Source of the DNA: Nitrosopumilus maritimus SCM1
Lineage (GTDB): Archaea; Thermoproteota; Nitrososphaeria; Nitrososphaerales; Nitrosopumilaceae
DNA length: 32,000 nt
Reading direction: 5' to 3'
NCBI RefSeq assembly: GCF_000018465.1
Contig: NC_010085.1
Coordinates: 780,001 to 812,000 of the forward strand
In this document: positions 1-6,678 of the stretch, one piece after another
Layout: every line of letters begins with the position of its first letter
How positions within the stretch are numbered: position 1 is the first letter of the stretch
Notes under the pieces: generated by a model
Database searches by the model: none
What the model saw: the letters and a program-made list of their open reading frames with translations, nothing else
Told to the model about the DNA's origin: nothing
Program-made: the position numbers and the translations under genes

Positions 1-519
1 ATTCCAAAGAGAGTGTTTGGAGACTAGTGCCTCATATTTTTGAAGATAATAATGACATGACTGGGAATCCTGAGTGTTTTCTTCAACTTGTTTTATTGTA
101 GGTTTGAATTTGCAGGTTTCAATTACTTCTTTACCGTTTTTACTGGTTCTTTCAATACATTCTCCTTTTTCACAGGTTAGTCCCCATCTCATAGCTCTTC
201 TAGAATTGTCTACTTTTTCAGAAGCCATTAATTTTAAACAAGGGAAATTTTGTTTTCCTTTTACAGGTTTGAGAAAAGGTATATCCTTGATGTATTGATC
301 CTGAAGATGTTTTGATGCAGTTACAGTAAACGAACTATCAAAAAATTTAGAAACAGTTGCACCAACTAGAGATTTTCCAACTCCGGTTGGTGCACATAGA
401 ACGATTTTCTTGTAGCCCGAGTTAAATTGCTCTTCAATATCTGCAAGAATTTCTTTTTGAATATCTCTAGGAGTGAATTGCTCTGGAAATTTTTCTAAAA
501 GTGACAGGATTGTTATGAT
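1..519 (-). CDS. XPD/Rad3/DinG-family (DEAD_2) Fe-S helicase, N-terminal part; the gene continues past the window start
   Basis: Own minus-strand translation; the ORF is absent from the track because it runs off the window. Sequence: ..ILSLLEKFPEQFTPRDIQKEILADIEEQFNSGYKKIVLCAPTGVGKSLVGATVSKFF..GKQNFPCLKL..LTCEKGEC..ETCKF..SCHYYLQKYEAL. Walker A APTGVGKS is followed by spaced Cys and a CxYY motif, as in the XPD Fe-S domain. The frame is open up to a TAA at 520-522 but has no canonical start codon. Confidence 0.75.
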   Translation of the reverse strand, partial: MITILSLLEKFPEQFTPRDIQKEILADIEEQFNSGYKKIVLCAPTGVGKSLVGATVSKFFDSSFTVTASKHLQDQYIKDIPFLKPVKGKQNFPCLKLMASEKVDNSRRAMRWGLTCEKGECIERTSKNGKEVIETCKFKPTIKQVEENTQDSQSCHYYLQKYEALVSKHSLWN

Positions 520-604
520 TTAGTCTTTATATTAAAAGCATGAAGGTTCTTGTGATATCAATAGTTGTAATCTAGTTTAATATCTAGTAAATACACTATA
601 GATC

Positions 605-922
605 ATGGAATTACTTGATGATAAGATGAGAGTTTGGTTAGAAAGTGCAAAATTTGTAAAACCAAACCCTGGTGTATACGTACTATACAACAGAAGCAAA
701 CACCCAATATACATTGGAGAGACCAGTAATCTTGAAGAGACATTTACAAAATATGTAGATACAGATTTTGAAGATAATGAATGCATGAAAAAAACTCAAT
801 ATTATCAAAGAGTTTTTGAAGATAACCCAAAGGAACTGCAATTACAACTAATTGAACAGTTCAGAAATGAGACGAATGAATTACCTTCCTGTAATTCTGA
901 GATCAAAGTAGAGACACGATAG
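605..922 (+). CDS. stand-alone GIY-YIG (URI) nuclease-domain protein, 105 aa
   Basis: PGVYVLYNRSKHPIYIGETSNL matches GIY-(x9-11)-YIG. A downstream LIEQF..N fits the conserved Glu/Asn. The usual Arg after the YIG segment is not evident. TATA-like TTTAATATCT lies about 25 nt upstream of the ATG. Confidence 0.6.
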   Translation: MELLDDKMRVWLESAKFVKPNPGVYVLYNRSKHPIYIGETSNLEETFTKYVDTDFEDNECMKKTQYYQRVFEDNPKELQLQLIEQFRNETNELPSCNSEIKVETR

Positions 923-985
923 ATTCTTTCAGTGCATTGCACTGAAGACCTACTGGATTAATAGAAAAAATATGAAATTCTCAAC

Positions 986-1231
986 ATGGGAAACGCAATG
1001 ATTTATGCAGGTATTGCAATTGGAGTAGCTGCATTGGCTGGAATTATGGTCTATGCACACGATAACCAAGAAAATTATCTTAGAGATGATGCAGTACTAG
1101 CACCCGCTGCAGAACAAGGCGCATTTTCATCAGATACTGGAATGGTCCAACTGAATAAAGAACAGTGGCATGAAGATCCATTTGGTGATAGAGCAGCTGA
1201 AGTTAGAGCAGCATACGAGTCTGGTGGATAA
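986..1231 (+). CDS. small membrane-anchored protein, 81 aa
   Basis: N-terminal hydrophobic helix MIYAGIAIGVAALAGIMVYA followed by an acidic soluble tail. A hairpin plus T-rich tract follows. Confidence 0.5.
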   Translation: MGNAMIYAGIAIGVAALAGIMVYAHDNQENYLRDDAVLAPAAEQGAFSSDTGMVQLNKEQWHEDPFGDRAAEVRAAYESGG

Positions 1232-1260
1232 CCCACCAAGTTTCTTTTTATTTTATTTTT
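1222..1260 (+). terminator. stem-loop plus T-rich tract after the 986..1231 gene
   Basis: TGGTGG (1222-1227) pairs with CCACCA (1233-1238) across a 5-nt loop holding the stop codon. It is followed by tttctttttattttattttt. Confidence 0.4.
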
Positions 1261-1320
1261 CATCATTCTACACCTAATCATTGGAGAAAACAATTAATCT
1301 AAGAATGCAGTAATTTAGCA

Positions 1321-1452
1321 ATGCATCAATGCTATTACTGTGAACAGATTTTTGATTCAAAAGAAGCACTATATGACCATGTAGAAGTACATTCAGATGC
1401 AGAAAGAAATAAGGAAATAATGGATAGAAAAAAGAAGGCACAAAAAAACTAA
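1321..1452 (+). CDS. stand-alone C2H2 zinc-finger mini-protein, 43 aa
   Basis: MHQCYYCEQIFDSKEALYDHVEVHSDAERNKEIMDRKKKAQKN has canonical C-x2-C-x12-H-x3-H with a basic tail. Below the ORF-track size cut-off. Confidence 0.5.
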   Translation: MHQCYYCEQIFDSKEALYDHVEVHSDAERNKEIMDRKKKAQKN

Positions 1453-1539
1453 ATTTTCAGCCTCAATTAAAAAAAATAGAGTAAAGGTAAGAAATAATCA
1501 CATTCAGGTGGTGATATAACAACTTGGTTTCAAAACAAT

Positions 1540-1806
1540 ATGGATTGGGTTGAAGCATTACTTCGTAAATCATGTGACAGAACACTAACCAAAGAAGAAG
1601 TCCTTCACAGCCTATTTCACATGATTGAAATTAATGAAAACACTATGCATCAAATTCAGTCAGACAAAAGAGATTTTGGACCAGAGTTAGAAGAACTAAA
1701 ACAAACTGAGATTAGAGACTTGGACTTCCATCTAAAATATTATCGAAGTTTGGTAAATTACATTAATTCAGTTCATGAAAATAAAATTTTTGAGAATCAG
1801 CACTAA
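1540..1806 (+). CDS. hypothetical protein, 88 aa
   Basis: ORF track entry with helical, non-repetitive composition. No motif recognised. Confidence 0.45.
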   Translation: MDWVEALLRKSCDRTLTKEEVLHSLFHMIEINENTMHQIQSDKRDFGPELEELKQTEIRDLDFHLKYYRSLVNYINSVHENKIFENQH

Positions 1807-1946
1807 TCATTCCAAGAAACAGTGTACGCAACAAATGTTTTTGGCAGTGGTTTTTTTGTGCTTATTCCCCATTCTTCTGAAGTGTGACCTGAATTAAGTT
1901 CAGATACTTCACCCCAATTGAATTTAGGCAATTTGGCAGTTTCCAT
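1803..1946 (-). CDS. possible small protein, 47 aa
   Basis: Own translation: METAKLPKFNWGEVSELNSGHTSEEWGISTKKPLPKTFVAYTVSWND. Lies 52 nt downstream of 1999..2535 on the same strand. Confidence 0.25.
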   Translation of the reverse strand: METAKLPKFNWGEVSELNSGHTSEEWGISTKKPLPKTFVAYTVSWND

Positions 1947-1998
1947 ATTTTGGCATCAAAAAAATAGATTATAAAAAATCAGTCTGCACTGCAAGACA

Positions 1999-2535
1999 TT
2001 ATAATTTTAATTCTTCAAATTTCAAAGCATATTCCAACTGTTTTTCTGGATTGTTTCCATAATCAGTAGTTTCATCATATTCTTGTAATCTTTTTTCTAA
2101 AATTTGTTGTAATTGCTCTATTTCTTGAGCAATCATTTTTCCAGAATCTTCTTTTGCAAGTTGTTTTCTCTGTTCTTCGTTTTTTCCTCGTGTTGGAAAG
2201 TTTTTGCCTTCAAATTTAGTTTGTAAGTTTGAGATATGTTCACGTTTTACTAATTCTGCCAAATCAAAACGCCCTTGTTCATATTTTAGTAATTGATCGC
2301 TTGTCTCAGAAGGTCTAACTGAAGACAACAAAGGGCAAAACTCTACAGAAACCTGAATGTTTTTTATTAAAAACAGTATTTCGCTTCCCATTTTTTCAGA
2401 ATCAACGGTCCAAGTGAATCTATATTTTATCACACTATGAGAATCTGCATATGATGCAGGGTTGTGTTCTGCCTTAAAATCAGACCATTTTAGAGAATAA
2501 TGTTTTGACCAAAATAGATTCTCATTTTCGCTCAT
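1999..2535 (-). CDS. DUF922/COG5661-like domain protein with degenerate metal-binding motif and a C-terminal coiled coil, 178 aa
   Basis: LKWSDFKAE...LLKYEQGRFDLAEL resembles the DUF922 pattern L.W.DF ... LL.HEQ.HFDI as I recall it, with both His replaced (Y, R). No signal peptide. Confidence 0.5.
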   Translation of the reverse strand: MSENENLFWSKHYSLKWSDFKAEHNPASYADSHSVIKYRFTWTVDSEKMGSEILFLIKNIQVSVEFCPLLSSVRPSETSDQLLKYEQGRFDLAELVKREHISNLQTKFEGKNFPTRGKNEEQRKQLAKEDSGKMIAQEIEQLQQILEKRLQEYDETTDYGNNPEKQLEYALKFEELKL

Positions 2536-2576
2536 TAGTTAATAATTTGAAAATTTCAGCATAATTAGATTGTGAT

Positions 2577-2879
2577 TCAAGAAGACTTTCCATCACGTCC
2601 ACTGAATTTTCCAATAGCCTGAGAGGTATCAAATCCTAGCCAAGAATAGTTTTGAGATTCTTGGGCATCGTGAAAATTTTGATGTTCTGTCAATTCCAAA
2701 TCTCCCCAATCCCCCTCATGAATAAAGGGGCATTTTTCATGAATTCCATTTTTTTTAATTCCTTTGCACGTGATTAACAAGCAAGAATTGTTGTGCTTTA
2801 GAACTGAAAAATTTTTTGTTAGAACGGATTTGCCTTGAACAGTCAACAAGAATTCTAGGCTCAAATTGATCAGGCACAA
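2577..2879 (-). CDS. hypothetical Cys/His-containing protein, up to 100 aa
   Basis: ORF track entry with only TTG start candidates (2879, 2864, 2849), so the start is uncertain. Contains CLLITCKGIKKNGIHEKCPFIH. Confidence 0.35.
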   Translation of the reverse strand: MCLINLSLEFLLTVQGKSVLTKNFSVLKHNNSCLLITCKGIKKNGIHEKCPFIHEGDWGDLELTEHQNFHDAQESQNYSWLGFDTSQAIGKFSGRDGKSS

Positions 2880-3093
2880 AAATGGATCATTTTTTCAACC
2901 CATTTTGATCAAAAATCAAGACACATTTTATTTTAAGAATTTTTGAAGATACTAATCATTACAAATATTGGAAGCAAGGATGATTGCCTGTTTGATATCT
3001 GGCCGTAACTCCCAAAGAGTCGATGCAAAAAAGATATCAAACTTGCTTGCTTTCCAAATCTAAACTATTAATTTTAGATAATTTCAACATTTT

Positions 3094-3174
3094 ATGATGA
3101 ACAGCAAGTTTTACATGTGGATGGGTATATCAGTGGCCGCATTAGCAGTAGGATTCATTCTTTTGTTCGGCTAA
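3094..3174 (+). CDS. possible 26-aa membrane micro-protein
   Basis: MMNSKFYMWMGISVAALAVGFILLFG forms a single hydrophobic helix. Very short. Confidence 0.2.
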   Translation: MMNSKFYMWMGISVAALAVGFILLFG

Positions 3175-3331
3175 TCAGATTAACTTTTTTGATTTCAATG
3201 ATCAATTTTTACATTGTTTTTTTATTTTATCAAGATTCTTAGAAGTAAAGTATTGCCATAGGTGTAGCTGGATGGTTGATAATCGCATTAACGCATCACG
3301 GCATTGATTATCAACTTTTATCTGTGGCCAA

Positions 3332-3580
3332 TCAATTAGGGTGAGAGTTTGATGCATAATCAAATTTTTCTTTATCAGAAAACAGTTGGAAATTATTTTT
3401 CTCCAAATCCAAAACATCATGAAAAGCAGGACATTCATTATCAATTGAGAATAATTCTTGACATTTTGGACACTGAATAACAACATGATTGCCCCAATCA
3501 CATTCAATTTCATCAATTAATTCAAAATTAACAGATTCATTACAAATACACTTTACATTTTGAAATTTTTGAAAATCCAC
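3332..3580 (-). CDS. Cys-rich small protein, 82 aa (GTG start)
   Basis: KCICNESV...ECDWGNHVVIQCPKCQELF..ECPAFH shows zinc-ribbon-like Cys spacing. Confidence 0.45.
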   Translation of the reverse strand: MDFQKFQNVKCICNESVNFELIDEIECDWGNHVVIQCPKCQELFSIDNECPAFHDVLDLEKNNFQLFSDKEKFDYASNSHPN

Positions 3581-3637
3581 AAGAATTAATTTTTAAAATT
3601 AAATATAATTTATTAGAAATTAATAATTAAGAAAGAT

Positions 3638-3841
3638 ATGACAGAATGCCCTACATGTAAACTTGCAATGGAATCACATTCAACAGCAGAGTTAATGGAA
3701 TGTTGTATGAAGCAAGTTGGGGATGAATTTACTGAAGATCGAGAGGGAATATGTCCCAATTGTAAACATGACATAAAAAAACACTCTAACAAAGAGCTTG
3801 CAGAGTGCACCATAGAGTATCTAAAATCAGGAATTCAATAG
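3638..3841 (+). CDS. duplicated zinc-knuckle mini-protein, 67 aa
   Basis: Two copies of a 19-aa module: CPTCKLAMESHSTAELMEC (aa 4-22) and CPNCKHDIKKHSNKELAEC (aa 39-57). Confidence 0.55.
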   Translation: MTECPTCKLAMESHSTAELMECCMKQVGDEFTEDREGICPNCKHDIKKHSNKELAECTIEYLKSGIQ

Positions 3842-3882
3842 GTCTAGTTAACATTAAACAATAGAGAAATTAGGACAAAATA

Positions 3883-4473
3883 TTGAACCAAACAACAAGA
3901 GAATTAATTGGAATGTTTTCACCAATGTGGACTAACAAACAAGTTTGGGAATTTGATCAATTAAACGAGGATTTGAGATTTGATGCAATCTATGTAAAAC
4001 CTCAAGAGTATGAGGATAGTTTATGGAAGTCAAAATCTGCTTATCCAGATTCAGAGATTAGAGATATGGTTGTCAAAACATTTGATCATATGCTAGATGG
4101 CGAAGAATTATGGATTTCAAATGTGAATGAGAAGAAAATCGATGAGAAACACATACCATATCTCATGGCAGTCATGGCAGATGTGATGATTGAGGAAGAG
4201 ATTTGCTTGAATTTTAGAATAGACAATGAGTGTTTTGTTGCAACCATAGATTCAGATGCCGACGTTATTGATTGTAAGGAATTTTTTGAAGAATTTTATC
4301 ATTTGGCAACAGGTTTCAATTATGATACAGATACTGGAATTCCAGAGGATGAGACTGAAGCTGAAATGTACTTGACAAGACTACAAGAAGAATTCGATGA
4401 AAAAATGAAAGCAATTTTGGGAGACAAATATCTGCCAGGAAACAATGATCCGGACACGATTAATGCAAAGTGA
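3883..4473 (+). CDS. acidic hypothetical protein, 196 aa (TTG start; alternative ATG at codon 11)
   Basis: Long ORF with strongly acidic, non-repetitive composition. No motif recognised. Confidence 0.55.
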   Translation: MNQTTRELIGMFSPMWTNKQVWEFDQLNEDLRFDAIYVKPQEYEDSLWKSKSAYPDSEIRDMVVKTFDHMLDGEELWISNVNEKKIDEKHIPYLMAVMADVMIEEEICLNFRIDNECFVATIDSDADVIDCKEFFEEFYHLATGFNYDTDTGIPEDETEAEMYLTRLQEEFDEKMKAILGDKYLPGNNDPDTINAK

Positions 4474-4508
4474 TTTATCTAAAACACCCAAACATATCTT
4501 GAGTAAAT

Positions 4509-4838
4509 ATGTCCCAAAAAAGACCATATAGAAAATTTCAAAAGAAAGGTCCTTCATTGAGTATGGAACAAAAAGTAGAGAAGTTCATTTTGAGAAATTC
4601 TGAAAATGGTTTTTTTACCAAAGTCACAACTATCCCATACAAATTTGAAATGTCTGAGAGCAAAGCATGGGATGTGGTAGGTGAATTACTCTCAGAAGGG
4701 AAAATAGAATCAATACATGATGAAATATCAGGGGAGATGAAATTGTGTAAAGCAGGTCAAGCATATTCTATAATGAATTCAGAACAAAAAAGGAAAAGAC
4801 AGAAAACAAACAATTTCAAAAAAAAGAAAACAACATAA
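4509..4838 (+). CDS. small winged-helix-like protein with basic N- and C-terminal tails, 109 aa
   Basis: VEKFILRNSENGFFTKVTTIPYKFEMSESKAWDVVGELLSEGKIESI fits a wHTH pattern. Flanked by KRPYRKFQKKG and KRKRQKTNNFKKKK tails. Confidence 0.55.
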   Translation: MSQKRPYRKFQKKGPSLSMEQKVEKFILRNSENGFFTKVTTIPYKFEMSESKAWDVVGELLSEGKIESIHDEISGEMKLCKAGQAYSIMNSEQKRKRQKTNNFKKKKTT

Positions 4839-4958
4839 ACATTCAAACAAATATTTATTTTCTAGAATCAGTTCAAAAATGCATGGATGATGAGAATTTA
4901 CCTGCACAATGTCATCCTGTAATAAAACCAAAAAAGAAAAAGGAAGACAGTAAGAAAA

Positions 4959-5108
4959 ATGATACAGTGTAAATTATGTGGGACCCCATTAGGAAAAGAA
5001 CCAACTACGGATGAATTAGAAAAACATTGGAAAAAGCATCATAATTGGCATTGGGAATCTAACAAAGACAAATCACCTCAAGAGGCACTATTGAAAAAAA
5101 GAGACTGA
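4959..5108 (+). CDS. C2H2-like zinc-finger mini-protein, 49 aa
   Basis: MIQCKLCGTPLGKEPTTDELEKHWKKHHNWHWES.. has C-x2-C followed by a His cluster. Below the track cut-off. Confidence 0.4.
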   Translation: MIQCKLCGTPLGKEPTTDELEKHWKKHHNWHWESNKDKSPQEALLKKRD

Positions 5109-5121
5109 CAACGTCTTGGAA

Positions 5122-5153
5122 TAGTGGTCGTTTATAGCATGCCTAGACCACTA
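5122..5153. other. perfect 8-bp stem / 16-nt loop hairpin
   Basis: TAGTGGTC (5122-5129) pairs with GACCACTA (5146-5153), 14 nt after the stop of 4959..5108, in a locally GC-richer patch. Confidence 0.4.
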
Positions 5154-5301
5154 ATCGAAGGCGTCACTACTAATACAGGCTCGAAATATAAAAAAACCAA
5201 CAATCAATTTCCAAACATTTGTTTAAAAAAAATCCAAAATCAAAACTAATGTACACAAAACTTTGCAGACGATTTATCAATTTTGTAATGTATTAATCAA
5301 C

Positions 5302-5436
5302 ATGAGAGAAGATTTTGCAGAGTATACCAAGTGCACAACATGCGGGACAGCATTACTAAATTGTGATTGTAATTGTCCATATTGCGGAAAACGTGAGGAA
5401 TGTGAGTGCGAGATAGGCGTACTTACTATTCCATAA
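5302..5436 (+). CDS. Cys-rich mini-protein, 44 aa
   Basis: MREDFAEYTKCTTCGTALLNCDCNCPYCGKREECECEIGVLTIP has 10 Cys. More protein-like than the antisense track ORF 5277..5468. Confidence 0.4.
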   Translation: MREDFAEYTKCTTCGTALLNCDCNCPYCGKREECECEIGVLTIP

Positions 5437-5550
5437 TATTTTTTCTCAAACAGGTTCAGCATGGACATTAATTTTTGGAAATTATTTTTCAGCTAGATAC
5501 TGTAAAAAATTCACTTTTGATTAATAATAGAAATTTAGCAATTAGGAGGC

Positions 5551-5784
5551 ATGTCAGTAATAGAGGCATACGATATCAAGGCACGTAAAAAAGTGTCAAT
5601 GAAAGACCCACAACCATATCTTATGAAGAATGGTTCATGGGCATTGAAAGGAACTAGCTCTGAAACTGGGATCAAATTATTCAAAATTGTTGGAAGAACA
5701 AAACCATCAATTACCCAGTCAAGATTTGAAGCATTCAAGAATCTGTTTACAAGCAGAGGATGTGAATGTGGCAAAGAATGCTAG
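5551..5784 (+). CDS. DUF5679-like small protein lacking the four zinc-ribbon Cys, with a CECGKEC tail, 77 aa
   Basis: EAYDIKARKKVSMKDPQPYLMKNGSWALKGTSSETGIKLFKIVGR aligns by eye to the recalled DUF5679 pattern AYC.KC..K..+KD.....MKNG..A..G.C..CG.K+F+I.G. The Cys positions here are D, A, S, T. Confidence 0.6.
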   Translation: MSVIEAYDIKARKKVSMKDPQPYLMKNGSWALKGTSSETGIKLFKIVGRTKPSITQSRFEAFKNLFTSRGCECGKEC

Positions 5785-5785
5785 T

Positions 5786-5797
5786 CTTTTTTTTCTT
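5786..5797 (+). terminator. oligo-T tract (T8) right after the stop codon
   Basis: tag-tc-tttttttt-ctt. Oligo-T tracts are the usual archaeal termination signal. Confidence 0.4.
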
Positions 5798-5851
5798 ACA
5801 AAGACATACCAACATTAGAAAGCATTAATGTGAGAATTTTTTAGAAATTTT

Positions 5852-6319
5852 ATGTCATTTGAGATTGACTGGAGAAAAAATTTTTACGGTATTTCATGGG
5901 CTCATGAAAAAGATAGGATTGTCGTATCAATAGTTTTTGAAGACAAGGAAGAGGCCGCAGAAATTTCAAAAAATATTGAGAATTGGAGCGACAAATTTAC
6001 CAGATTGACAATTATTGAAAAAGAGGAAGATGAATTTGCACTTTGTTGCTATCAAGATCCCCAAGTCTCAAAAAGTGACAAACACATAGGGTTGTTTAGA
6101 ACAGGAATGAGACAAAGTAGTGGCTATAACCAGGTAAAACCAATCATAGAAGAAAAGGCCCCCCTATTACAAATTGCCTATGCAGCAGATGCAATTGATA
6201 TTACCACATATGAGGAAATCTCCAAACTCATACCAATTAGAAAATTTAGAATCATCAATGAAAAGGATTTGAAGAAACAAGAATACTACTATGAGAAAAT
6301 GTCAACACTATCAAATTAA
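5852..6319 (+). CDS. hypothetical protein, 155 aa
   Basis: ORF track entry, non-repetitive. No motif recognised. Confidence 0.55.
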   Translation: MSFEIDWRKNFYGISWAHEKDRIVVSIVFEDKEEAAEISKNIENWSDKFTRLTIIEKEEDEFALCCYQDPQVSKSDKHIGLFRTGMRQSSGYNQVKPIIEEKAPLLQIAYAADAIDITTYEEISKLIPIRKFRIINEKDLKKQEYYYEKMSTLSN

Positions 6320-6320
6320 A

Positions 6321-6353
6321 ATGGTAAGATTCAAAATAATTTGAATCGTACCA
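6321..6353. terminator. 15-bp stem (1 mismatch) / 3-nt loop hairpin immediately after the 5852..6319 stop
   Basis: ATGGTAAGATTCAAA-taa-TTTGAATCGTACCAT. Confidence 0.5.
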
Positions 6354-6611
6354 TCTATGGTCGGGTAACAGTTCTATTCAAAATTAGATATAAAGAATGA
6401 CTACTGATTTGTTCATATTTTTGATACTGATGAATCGTTCATTCTTGTTAAATAGAAAATTTTCCACTTCTAATTATGAATAATAACAATTTCAATTCAT
6501 CATGGGAAGAAGCAATTGGTCTTTCATGGCTAATATCTGAAGAAGAGCATGCCTAAATCCCTATGCAGTCCAAACTGTTGGTGTAAAAAAACAAAAAACA
6601 TCAACGAGACA

Positions 6612-6640
6612 CCTTAGAATTTTCTAAGGATTATTTTTTT
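6612..6640. terminator. palindrome CCTTAGAA-tt-TTCTAAGG followed by a T-run
   Basis: 8-bp arms at 6612-6619 and 6622-6629, then attattttttt. Confidence 0.3.
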
Positions 6641-6678
6641 AATTTAATACATAAATTCCATAATCTAAGACAGAGAAT

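Noticed and set aside
74-298. Track ORF, 74 aa, + strand
   Set aside because: It is antisense to the clearly motif-bearing Fe-S helicase frame, with hydrophobic low-complexity translation.
577-786. Track ORF, 69 aa, - strand
   Set aside because: It is antisense to the GIY-YIG gene and has no motif.
1075-1293. Track ORF, 72 aa, - strand
   Set aside because: It is antisense to 986..1231 and spans the terminator-like T-tract.
3094-3100. C-box-like ATGATGA (also at 4885 and CTGATGA at 6426), suggesting C/D-box sRNAs
   Set aside because: No CTGA D-box lies at the expected 40-60 nt distance and there is no terminal stem. The 3094 site is better explained as the ATG ATG of a micro-ORF.
3202-3516. 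Track ORF, 104 aa, - strand
   Set aside because: It overlaps the Cys-rich 3332..3580 ORF in another frame for most of its length. Only its last ~50 codons (from ATG 3357) are unshadowed and might be a separate small gene, but there is too little evidence to call one.
3613-3813. Track ORF, 66 aa, - strand
   Set aside because: It is antisense to the duplicated zinc-knuckle ORF 3638..3841.
5277-5468. Track ORF, 63 aa, - strand
   Set aside because: The translation is nondescript. The opposite strand encodes a 44-aa peptide with 10 Cys in ribbon-like spacing, which I prefer.
5535-5774. Track ORF, 79 aa, - strand
   Set aside because: It is antisense to the DUF5679-like gene.
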